DNA of 63,900 nucleotides, counting the filler, from Dicyema japonicum (lineage: Eukaryota > Animalia > Dicyemida): NCBI GenBank assembly GCA_011109175.1. It is 5 parts of 5 records of this genome, joined end to end, with 100 filler letters (N's around TTAATTAATTAA, not from the genome) between each part and the next. Parts side by side here need not be neighbours in the genome. Positions count along the whole stretch, not along the records: positions 44,720 to 56,447 come from RDEW01000201.1; positions 56,548 to 62,720 come from RDEW01000023.1; positions 62,821 to 63,900 come from RDEW01000121.1; 2 more parts are not named here. The stretch is one strand, 5' to 3'. Below are positions 52,931 through 63,900 of this stretch, in pieces. The first letter of the stretch is position 1, and the number at the start of each line of letters is the position of its first letter. The position numbers were made by a program, and so were the translations under genes. Under the pieces are notes generated by a model that was given only the letters and a program-made list of their open reading frames with translations, had not been told where the DNA came from and searched no databases.

Positions 52931-53901
52931 AAATCTTGGACGTCCATGAACAAGCCCTTACATTTAAGTATAACCTGTGAAAAAATTATCATAAAGTCAA
53001 TACTTTTTCCATTAAAAAAGTCTTATGGACAATAATTTGCAGATTATCCACTGTAGGTTCAAACTTGAATATAGTACCCTCAAATACACCAACACCCTTT
53101 CCACCAACGTTCTCATCTATTCTCGGATAAAGATCTTGTAGAATAGGAGTTACTCTACAATTAACAAAGCACTCTGACCTCTCGAATAATAGAAGAGAGA
53201 AAAAACCAATCTCAGATCCAAGATCCTTTGATACACTTTATTTGAAAACTGAAGCATAAAGGTAGATATAAATCCATGGGAAAATAGCACTATATTGACA
53301 AATCGTTGTATCGAGGTACAAAAAATATCAAATAAAAATATATTTTTTNGTTCTCTACGATTAACAAAGCACTCTGACCTCTCGAATAAAAGCAGAGAGA
53401 GAAAACCAATCTCAGATCCAGGATCATTTGATACACTTTATTTGAAAACTGAAGCATAAAGGTAGATATAAATCCATCGGAAAATAGCACTAATGAGACA
53501 AATCGTTGTATCGAGGTACAAAAAATATCAAATAAAAATATATTTTTTTAGAAAATAAGCTAAAAATCAAAAAGACTGATACCAATTTTCAAGGAAAATT
53601 CAAATAGTGGGGAATAATCCATATTATAGGTTACCAAAATATATATATTTAGACATTTTGACAACAGCAGCCTTCGACACTAATTGATAATCCAATAATA
53701 TATATAATTTTGAAGAAAATATATTACAATACCGAGAAAAAACAATAAAACGTAGACCAAAACATACGACCACAACAAAGTGACAATGCATGTCAAATAG
53801 TCTATTAATGTATAAATGGGTCGCCATAGTGTAAAAAAATTTTTAAAAATAAATAAATATTAAATTAATCTTTATAAGTTAAAAATTAACCTTATTGGTA
53901 A

Positions 53902-54225
53902 TTGTTAGCGTGCGTCATGTGGTTCGCCTTGTCAGGTGGCGTCAGATACAAGCCAAAAAGTATCCAAAAAAGAACCATTTGTCAACGACCTGGACGGCAC
54001 TTCCTACATATTGGTGCACTTTTCCGGTGGAGACTCGTCATGGCAGGAGATGTTGAAATGAATCCGGGATCAAAGACATTAAAGATACTTAGCATGAACA
54101 TTAACGGAGTTAGAGACAAGGCATCCGAACTGAGTTTACATTTGGAGAAGAATAAAATTGACATCTGCCACCTACAAGAGACCAAGCTTTCTGGGATATC
54201 CAATACTTCTAAATTTATTGGTTAA
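53902..54225 (+). mobile_element. 5' fragment of an APE LINE ORF with a 2A-like motif
   Basis: LVMAGDVEMNPGS followed by LKILSMNINGV...IDICHLQETKL. Confidence 0.8.
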
Positions 54226-55599
54226 ATAATATCAAGCATTCATTGTAAACTATGACTTACTATAATCCCAATCTGATGAAGATCAATTGTACACCAATGA
54301 CGAGGTAAAATCACGTCATTTTTTATGACTATACTATTGCTGACTGGAGAGGGCTCAGAAATACTACTTTACTCTTTGAAATAGGTAAACTGGTCCTCAA
54401 TTTATTAGAGCAGCTCGTCTTCCTGGTATCATCAATCCAATCTCACTTTAGCAAAATGCTATCATTCTTGTCTTTTCTTTCTTCCATGCAAGTCCAATAA
54501 GCTTTCATATTTCTCCCTTAATTAATTTTGATCCTAGGGGCTAAGTCACGAATACATCTCAATAATGACCTAACTTAAAAGAAATCTAAGACATATTGTT
54601 TCTACAGTCATGGAGATCAGTCAGATGCTAAAGAAGATTCCTCCACCATCTCAAAAGTCCTCCATGAAAAAGACGATCTATGATTTTTTTCAACAAGTGT
54701 CATTCTTTGCTTAAAAAGAAACGCCATGTTAAACAACCATCTCCTGCAAATAGACGATTCAGAACCCCTAATAGACATTCTAAAAGAATCGTTAATCCAC
54801 TCCTGATATTTTCACCTTCAGCTGAATCAGAGTTTTGGCTCACAATACCAGCTTGCTGATATTATCAATCAAATCCTTCAAAACCATCAATGACACTAAG
54901 GGAATTGTGGGATCGCCCAGCACTCTCAATTGGACGCTTAATGACGACCGGCATTTTAAATGTTAGTGAGGTGTGGGTGACTAACTAAAAACTGTCTAAA
55001 GTTTGAGATTCCCAGATCTTACACGATCTTAGTTATAATAGGAAAGAGACAAGGTTGGCGACTACACAGAATACCACAAAGCAAATATGAGCTTCTGGTA
55101 AGATAAGAGTCATTACCAAATTCCACATGGTCTTTGGACAATTGATGGTGGACATAAATATCTGACCTTATGTACAAGCAACTATGCTATACTGTGTCCT
55201 TTAATGGTCGTGGACAACGTCGTCTATTCCAAAAGCAATTCCGACAACACTTATTCCCCCAACATCTACTTCAACGCCAATATTGTTGACTCAATACAAA
55301 ACCCCTCCAATAAACACTCAAACGTCTCCTTGAATAGTATACAAAANAATTGATGGTGGAAATAAATATCTGTGCTTATGTACAAGCAACTATGCTATAC
55401 TGTGTCCTTTAATGGTCGTGGACAACGTCGACTATTCCAAAAGCAATTCCGACAACACTTATTCCCCCAACATCTACTTCAACAACAATATTGTTGACTC
55501 AATACAAAACCCCTCCAATAAACACTCAAACGTCTCCTTGAATAATATACAAAAATAATATTAACAAAAACTTTAAATAATAAATCCAATAGATAACTT

Positions 55600-56440
55600 G
55601 GAGACCTCTTCACAGAAGTGGTCGTGAATTTTTTGAAAAAGAAGTTGCCCACCCCATCACATTCATTAGCTCTTCAGTTCGGGAGCTGATTAATTACATC
55701 AAGGATGCTTTCTTTGCTGAGTTCACAATATGTCTTCTGCCCCAGTCACTCGCTTGTTCATAAAAATGTTTTTCATTGCAAGTCTGTTTTTTCCTAATAT
55801 TCTCCCAAAATAAAAGACACAAGCTTTCTTTGAACAAAAATTCTGGATTCCGTTGCTCCTCGTTTAAACAACGATAAAATATCTTAGTTTGAGTTCAAAA
55901 CACCCGCTATATTTTCTGCATTCCTTCATACATTCAAGGATCCTATGTCTATTCTCCACATTCTTTACGACATCCTGAATACAAAAACCGATTCTCCCGA
56001 ATTCACCATTTCGATATCCATTGGCAAGCATATCTTCGTTTCATCGTCATGTATTTGACTTCCTCTATGTCCCATAGGCTCTTGATTGACATCGTCTGAT
56101 GAATTTGGGAATAAAACTCATACTATTATGTGATCTGAAAATTCCGCTTTATGAATATCTTTTTCACTTTTCATATCTATTTCAACAATAGGACAGTTTG
56201 GTTTGGATTTTACCAATCTCTCGGAATGCCATAGACTACAACATTTTTAAATTTATCATTGAAGGCTTTCTGTATTAAAAACCATCCACCTCGAGATAGT
56301 CTTCTTCATCTTCCCTGAAAACTTTTACTCAGCCAGTTTTGTCCTTATTCACCTGGTTAACTATCACCTGGTGAGATATGATATTTGCCCTGCTTTCCGG
56401 TTGAGAAACTGGATTAGGGAGTCTTGCATCAATTCCTTGT
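55600..56440 (-). mobile_element. R4-like LINE N-terminal fragment
   Basis: FELKLRYFYRCL...FWENI; homologous to 20730-21060. Confidence 0.7.
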
Positions 56441-56547
56441 ATGCAGANNNNNNNNNNNNNNNNNNNNNNNNNNNNNNNNNNNNNNNNNNNNTTAATTAAT
56501 TAANNNNNNNNNNNNNNNNNNNNNNNNNNNNNNNNNNNNNNNNNNNN

Positions 56548-59500
56548 AATCTGCAACGCGGTTAACAAAAGAAAGAGGGGCCGATCTTGTTCATCCTGTT
56601 TTCTGTTTGTAAATTTTTCTTGTGTCTCCCTACCTCGTCGCACTTCCGAACGTATTCCATCATGGGTCTGTCCCGCCTGTCTTTCCTCCACCCTTTTATT
56701 TTCATCCCCTCGTTCCGCCACTACGTTTCCTGGCATTTGCCACTCCACAGATTTTTTCCCTTTGTCTGACTCGATTTCTGTGACTTATTCTATTCCCTTC
56801 GTTTTTCAATCTATCAAACTTTTCCGCCGTCTCAGGAAAATTGCGTCCAGAATCCCTAAAGCTGCTCGTACCCTGGCAGCTTCCTCCTTATCTGTCGCAA
56901 TAGATAATTCCTTAGCTTCCGATGGCCAGTCCGATTGGCTTAAATTGTTTTGTTTTGCTTCTTTTGGTTTCGGGTTCCCTTCATACCGAGACCGTAATAA
57001 AACCTTATCTCCTTCGCTAGCTACGATTGTTAAACAAAAACTGGCTTCGTACGATCTGAATCGTTTTTCTCTACGCTGGCTGCAAACCTATCTCGCTAAT
57101 TTCGAAACTCCCTCTGGCCAGCCCCCATAATGCACCTGCAGGCCGCGAATGATGACGACTACCTTTACAGAAAAGGTATAGCAGACTTATGGATGGCGAC
57201 GTTCGCGGTGCTGTCAGGCTTGTCGCATCAACAAGTTCCAATTTTGTCTTCAACACCCGCCGTTTTGAATTCTCTCAGAGAAAAGCATCCATCTCTCACG
57301 ACTTTAGACCTCCGCTATGCACTGCCACATCACTGTAGATCCTTTATAGTCTCGGAAGCCGTCTTACTTAAAGCCCTGAGAAACTTTTCCTAAGGCAGCA
57401 GGGGCGGGATAGATGGCTTGAGACCCGGTCATTTAAAAGACTTGACTTCTTCTATGACCGCAGAAGCTGGGCGGAATTATTACGGTCAATACCAATCTCT
57501 GCAACCGTTCTCCGGCTCGCTTCCTGATTTTGCACGCGGTATCTTCTTTTCTGCAAACCTCACTGCCCTCTGGAAGAAGGACAACGGCGTAAGACCCATC
57601 GCTGTGGGAAATTTTTTTCGGAGGCTCTCCGCTAAGCTTCTGTGTCATGCCATTGTCCCCTGTTTGTCCTCGAGGTTTCTACCTGCCCAACTTGTGGTCG
57701 GTGTCCCAAATGGCTGAAAAGCTGTCGTTTATTCGATTTGTGGATTAATAGAATCTTCGGAGGCGTTTATCATGGTCAAACTGGAAGTATCCAACGCTTT
57801 CAACTCCATCATACGGAATAACTTGCTGAAGCGCTGCCTCGAAATAACTCCTTTCGCATATCCTCTGTCATCTCGTATATGCTCCCCAAGCATACTTATG
57901 ATTGACGATGTCCTTATTTCTTCGTCTACCGGGGTCCAGCAGGATGCCCCTGGGCCCCGTATTTTTTGCTCTGAGTGTTAATAGTATCCCCCACTCTGTC
58001 CGATCCCCTATTAACATTTTGTAACTGGGCAACGCAACCATTTGTGGTCCTCCCGATGTTGTTTTTGACGACGACCTTCGCTCTATTCTCCCTTCCCTTT
58101 CGGACATCGGTCTATCTATAAATGCGGACAAATCCGAAATTGTGAACATTCATATAAATCCAAGTCTGTTCAATGCCGCAACTTCCACGTGCCGAAGCAT
58201 TCTTTCTAACGTCCGAATTACAGACAAATCAAATCTGACGATCCTCGGTGCTCCCATGGGTTCTTCTGCCCTTGAAGACTCATTGTCTGGAAAGTTCTCA
58301 AAATCTATCAAAAATGATCGAGAAGCTTAAAGACATCGAGCCTCATGTGGCTCTTTTCCTCTTCCGAAACCATTTTCCGCCCCCAAGATCCTTTACACGT
58401 TAAGATGTGCACCCTGTTTTCACAGAGGTGACCTTCTTTCCGACTTTGACAATATCCTCAGGCTCGGTACGAGCTCTCTTTGCAATCTGGCCTTCGACGA
58501 TCCCGGCTGGACTCAGGCATCCTTTCTGTGCGCTGGGGCGGCCTTGGCATGAGATCCTATTCTGATCTGGCCCTTCCGGCATTCCTATCCGCTCACTCTG
58601 CTTCCCGTTCTCTCTCAGACATCGTTCTCAGAAACCTTCCCGAACGGAAATTGTCTAAAGATTACTCGGCTGCTTGTGGTCGGTGGGAAGCCCGGTTTGG
58701 TTCGAGGCTGCCCAATTCTCCATCTATCCAGCGGCAGTGGGACGAGATCTCTTGTCAGGCGACTTTCGAAGACCTGGCTTCTGTTTCTAATCAACACCGA
58801 CTCGCTTGCCTCCGTGCTGGTCGCTGTCAAAGCAGCGGTGTTTGGTTAAAGGCTCTCCCTCTCCCTTCCATCGGGAATCTGGTGGACAAGGATTGCCTAA
58901 GTATCGCAATCTCCTCCGTGTCGGACTGAAGATCTGCCAGGCGCACAAATGCCGCTGTGGGGGAACTGTTGACGAGTACGGTTTGCACCTTCTCGCTTGC
59001 CGTCGGAGTGCTGGTCGTGCCCTCGCCACAGTGAACTCAACGCGATCATTCAAAGGGCCCTCGCTTCCGCGGGTGTCCCGTCAATCTCGAACCAGTTGGG
59101 CTGGATAGAGGAGACGGCAAACGCCCAGACGGCATGTCCACCTTTCCTTACGAGCAGGGGAAATCCCTTATTTGGGACTCCACCTGCTCAGACACATTCT
59201 CGCGCGGAAATCTCGCTTTGTCCGCTGTTGATCCTGGGCACGCTTCGAGGCTGGCCGAGGATCGCAAGATTCTCAAGTACGGCCACCTCTCGAACTCGCT
59301 CTTTTTTACTCCAATTGCTTTGGAGTCTTCCGGGATCTTCGGCCCCAAGACGCTTCGCTTCCTTCGCTCGCTCGGTCGACGGATATCAAGGATAAGACAC
59401 GATTCCAGAGAGTCATCTTGGCTCTTGGAACGTCTGTCGATCGCTGTGATCCGTGGGAATGGCTTTGCTATTCGCGAGGCTGGCCGAGCGCCTCGTGAGG

Positions 59501-59615
59501 CCATTAACTAGTTAAACTCTCCCCCGTTTTGTTCGGTTTTTGAAACCATACATCTGTAATTGTAATATATATATAAAGGCGTGTTTCTTCCTAAAAAAAA
59601 AAAAAAAAAAAAAAA
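56548..59615 (+). mobile_element. Near full-length CRE-like RLE non-LTR retrotransposon, frameshifted, with an A23 tail
   Basis: G.DGLRPGHLKD, KKDNGVRPIAVG..RRLSAK, KLEVSNAFNSI, TGVQQ, WGGLG, CRCG.....[41 protein letters not shown]; poly(A) at 59593-59615. Confidence 0.92.
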
Positions 59616-59905
59616 TATTTCAAATTCATTTCCTAAGGGCGTGAAAGCTTCTTGGCTCTCATCTAAGCATTCATTCTTTTTAAGTACATAACTCTTTTAT
59701 TCAAAAGTTGATGTACATTGCGTGACAATCTATTTCTCTGAGAAGTATTGACTGAATGAGGAGAAACATATCTATGCGACAGTGCTTTAATTTTCAAGTC
59801 TACATCGGCCTGTCATGGCTCTTTTTTATAGTTAATGAGTTTTTCGTTTTTGAAGCAAATTTTGAAACGAATAAAAGTAAAAAATTGGGTAGTTGTGGCA
59901 TTTCA

Positions 59906-60825
59906 TGCATCACGAAATAAGGCTCTAAATAAATTAATGATATTTTTTTGAATATTAAATCCAAAATTGAAGAAATGAGCAATGCCGATTTTGTAAATAT
60001 TATTATAAATTTTTTAAAATAAAATTTTGAATTTTTTACCTGGGGATGAGTGACACAGTTGTAATGGGAAAATATTCAAAACTGAAGGACTCCGAGCTTC
60101 CGCGCTCTGAAATAGAGTCTGTTGCCTTTTTTAGGAGGCTGGAATCTTCCCGAAAGAGAAGAAATCCCCTAAAAGACATTCGATGACCCTTCAGCGGAGA
60201 ATACAACATGGATGTGTGATAAAAGCGAGTGTCGAACTTGAGAGGTTCACATAAAAATTAAATAGGAAAATGTAGAATGTGGGGAAGCGCAAAATGACAA
60301 AGAGGCACCGAGCGTCACTTCATGGGGTCATATTTTTCAGGTATTAAATACTCCGAGTTTTTTGTAGAATTTATATGGAGAAGGCAAATGAGCCATTTGC
60401 GACAACTCCTTTGATGAATTCATAGATGCATTGTTCGATTTTATACACTGAACAAGCAACTAACTTAATTTTTCAATAATAACTTTTCCGCTAAGGGAAT
60501 GATTATAAGCATCTATATGAAGCCTATAACAATTTCTTCTTAGGTAGGGGGTCGTTAATAGCTCAGCTTTGACCTTGTCGGCATCGATATAACACCACTA
60601 AGTCGTTAAAATTTAGCAATTTATTTTTTAATAGCTAAAACTCAAATTACAAAACAATGAAATTAGAAAGGCACTCAGCTACTGGCCGCCGAGAGAATTG
60701 AGAAGCTTATTAGCAATTTATTTTAAAAAATAATAATCATATTTTCGGCATTGTTCATTTTTCAATTTTGGATTTAATATTCAAAATAAATTATTAATTT
60801 ATTTGGGGCCTTATTTCGTGATGCA
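59906..60825. mobile_element. Tc1/mariner-like deletion derivative with ~80-bp inverted repeats
   Basis: tgcatcacgaaataaggc...aatgccga (59906-59988) is inverted at 60745-60825. Confidence 0.7.
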
Positions 60826-61100
60826 CAAGTATTAATAAAATAAAAAAATTAAAAAATTAAAAAAAAAGTATTAATAATAACCGTTATTTTTAAGCTTCTG
60901 CATATACCGGATCTCTCCCTATACCGGCAGTATTCTGCGGTCCCGATTTTTTACAGCCTTTTTCAATATAAATTTAACCTCTTTATTCCGGATCCTCTAT
61001 ACTCTGAACACTGGCCGTTATGTCAAGTCCCAACGGCTTTTTTCACACTGTGCAAACCGGACAAAGAGGTATTAATAATAACCGTTATTTTTAAAGCCCA

Positions 61101-61342
61101 AAGTTACCTAGGTCATGGGTTCGACTCTCGCTGCTGTTCACCTGGTAGAAGGTTCCACGAATTTACGATGCTAAATGGTTGACGAGTGGCGCCGTCATGC
61201 GGAACTGGATTGTCTGGAAAGGACACACATAAGTAAAGTAAAGATCATTCTACGATTAATTAAAATTAACTGTTCTTTACTTAAAAATAAAGTGTGTGTC
61301 CTGCCTATGCGAAGCTATAAAATATTATGGCTCTCGAAAAGG
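61101..61342 (+). mobile_element. tRNA-derived SINE (copy 4, lacks the A box), nested in pogo-like sequence
   Basis: B box ggttcgactc, core and tail shared with the other copies. Confidence 0.8.
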
Positions 61343-61399
61343 CTGTGTATGTATGTGCTCGTTGTGAACTCGACTTGAACCATAAAGTTCAACTCATAC

Positions 61400-61720
61400 A
61401 GGATTATCAATCCACACCCAAGTTAACACCGAGAGACCTAACCCAAAAACATGGTATTGGAACCAGCACTGTATCGGATATTTTTGAAAAACTCTAGAAA
61501 TATCTGGAAATATACGATTACAATGGAAACAGCACGAAAAAACGTTTTGAAAATAATTGCAAGTTTGACGGTATAAATAAGCTCACTGGAAATGGTTTTA
61601 GAGAGCTAGATCCCTTCACTATGTGATATCTGCACCTATTATTTAGGTGGAAGTAACTTTATTCGCAAAATCTCTTGGCTTTGATGATTTCAAAGCATCT
61701 AATGGGTAGTTAGATTCCTT
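61400..61720 (+). mobile_element. pogo/Tigger HTH relic
   Basis: FKASNG.LD motif. Confidence 0.55.
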
Positions 61721-61794
61721 CTCTTCTTCCGTCAATAAAAAAATTGATGATACTGAACAACACGGCCATTTTTTTAAAAAGATTAATTAATGAT

Positions 61795-62465
61795 TAACAA
61801 AACGGGGAGAGTTTAACTAGTTAATGGCCTCACGAGAGCTCGGCCAGCCTCGCGAATTGCAAAGCCATTCCCACGATCACAGCGATCGACAAGACGTTCC
61901 AAAGCCAAGATGACTCTCTGGAGTCGTGTCTTATCCTTGATATCCGTCGACCGAGCGAGCGAAGGAAGCGGAGCGTCTTGGGGCCGAAGATCCCGGAAGA
62001 CTCCAAAAGCAATTGAGTAAAAAAAAGCGAGTTCGAACGGTGGTCGTACTTGAGAGTCTTGCGATCTTCGGCCAGCCTCGAAGCGTGCCCAGGATCAACA
62101 GCGGACAAAGCGAGATTTCCGCGCCAGAATGTGACTGAGCAGGTGGAGTCCCAAATAAGGGATTTCCCCTGCTCGTAAGGAAAGGTGGACATGCCGTCTG
62201 GGCGTTTGCCGTCTCCTCTATCCAGCCCAACTGGTTCAAGGATTGACGAGACACCCGCGGATGCGAGGGCCCTTTGAATGATTGCGTTGAGTTCACTGTG
62301 GCGAGGGGCACGACCAGCACTCCGACGGCAAGCGAGAGGGTGCAAACCGTACTCGTCAACAGTTCCTCCACAGCGGCATTTGGGCGCCTGACAGATCTTA
62401 GCCCGACACGGCGGGAGATTGCGATCCTTAGACAATCCTTGCCAACCAGATTCCCGATGGAAGGG
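61795..62465 (-). mobile_element. Second, 5' truncated copy of the 56548-59615 CRE-like LINE
   Basis: ORF 61830-62435 nearly identical to the RLE domain at 58860-59530. Confidence 0.92.
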
Positions 62466-62469
62466 CTAA

Positions 62470-62700
62470 TAAAATATTTCTATCAAACATCCGATTGCGA
62501 GTGGGTATTGAAAATTGCATCTCGTAAGAATTTTGTGGCAGCAGTGGCCACGCCTCAAGGAGATACCTCTTCTCAGTATTGTTCGCCGTATATCTTGAAT
62601 CGGCTCTCCGAGATCTCAGGAGGCATTACACTAATTGTATTATTGAAATTGCATACACTTATGATGTTGAATTCGTGTCAAGTAACAAAGAAGCATTTGA
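62470..62700 (+). mobile_element. RTE-like RT fragment
   Basis: ATPQGD...VLFAVYLESALRDL. Confidence 0.65.
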
Positions 62701-63393
62701 AATCTACGGGAGGTAAGCACNNNNNNNNNNNNNNNNNNNNNNNNNNNNNNNNNNNNNNNNNNNNTTAATTAATTAANNNNNNNNNNNNNNNNNNNNNNNN
62801 NNNNNNNNNNNNNNNNNNNNCGATTTTAGGGGTGGTCTGATAGAAGTATGTTCAAGGGTATTATCCATCTACCGAGAGAAGATCAAATTTGGGAGACCTT
62901 TGTTAATTATTATTCTCCAAGACAACTGGTTAGTAAGCTGGGCGAATTTTTGTTGTCGTTAAAGTTGGAATGCCTAAAGGCATGGACTTGGAATTAGACA
63001 CATTCATGAATTATTAATCCCAAATATACCGAGAAAAAAGTTAACACTAATTAAGTGTATACAGTTACCACTGTCACAGAATCAGAGTCCTTCCAATGTC
63101 ACACGAGTACATCCAGAACCAGCATAAAAAGTAGAAGACGTCCATTCCTTGCAAGTGTGAAAACCCCTCCGGTAGAGTGGAGAGCAAATGATCCTTAATC
63201 TCACTCTATCAAAAAAAGGAAAAGGAGCAACAGAAGAAACAAACAGAAGTCTTCAAGTAGCCACACGGGACCACACGACCACTAATAAAAATTAATGAAT
63301 AAAATTCAATTCCCTTTACTATTTTTATAGATAAATTAAATTAATCATTTTATGAAATTAATAATTTAAATTATTAAACCTGTGTTTTGTGTC

Positions 63394-63787
63394 ATGTCGA
63401 GCACTGTTGAGAGATTAAAGACGATCGAGTTAATTGAAGCTAATTTAAAAGAATCACTGAAATGCTCAGGTAATGAGAAATGATGATGCCATAGCTAATA
63501 TTATCAATGAAATGGCTGGACAGATTAACAGAGAACGGTGTAAGAAATTATCAACTGAATTTTATAATTTGATAAGTTCGTCTCAAATAAAAATGAATGA
63601 GCAAATAAATTATATTAATAATCACTGTATTGGTTATTTTTGTTATTTTACTGCAGAATGTCCTGCCACTTCTAATTTCAACGATAGGACTATGAAGAGG
63701 AGGTTGACCATTGATTGGCTAAGACAGTTTGATGAGCGACTTAAAGATATTGAAAACAAATTAAATAGTCATAATTTTTCTAATTAA
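63394..63787 (+). CDS. MED11: Mediator complex subunit 11 (3 exons; introns 63470-63494 and 63633-63656)
   Basis: Spliced product MSSTVERLKTIELIEANLKESLKCSANIINEMAG...EQINYINNHCIECPATSNFNDR...; pattern and length agree with MED11 (ERL..LE.IE, QI.Y, P..S.Y..R). Confidence 0.75.
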
Positions 63788-63900
63788 TTCATTTTTCTAT
63801 TTTTTGCCTATAAACCTACGTATCCCCCTTACTGTGCAACTACCAAATAGTTTGCTTGGTGGAGACGATTCCCAAGCTACTGTTCCCAGGTTTGCACCAC

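Noticed and set aside
53150-53550. ~200-bp duplication (likewise 55140-55555)
   Set aside because: Single-N junction with few differences between copies; assembly or haplotype artefact

Overview
AT-rich eukaryotic (animal-like) nuclear DNA from a draft assembly. It is not one contiguous locus: four artificial 100-bp linkers (44 N + TTAATTAATTAA + 44 N at 25424, 44620, 56448, 62721) join separate scaffolds. Host genes have very short GT-AG introns (22-33 nt). Recognisable host genes are MDH1B, MED11, an Ig-domain single-pass membrane protein, a partial AGC-family kinase, and decayed copies of condensin CAP-G (NCAPG) and beta-tubulin. Tiny introns plus the cilia-associated MDH1B suggest a genome-reduced ciliated animal such as a dicyemid (inference only). 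Most of the rest is a nested transposon graveyard: CRE-like and R4-like RLE LINEs, RTE and other APE LINEs (one with a 2A-like motif), Ty3/gypsy pol and env-like relics, hAT elements (including a CGGBP1-type element with TIRs and TSD), pogo/Tc1 relics, a four-copy tRNA-derived SINE and a ~153-156-bp satellite. The most unusual structure is a single TSD-flanked insertion of a SINE fused head-to-head to a tRNA-Leu-type body carrying an Ile (UAU) anticodon; the insertion duplicated a splice donor of the CAP-G gene. No complete new system can be proven from the sequence alone. All homology calls are from motif recognition by eye, not database searches.
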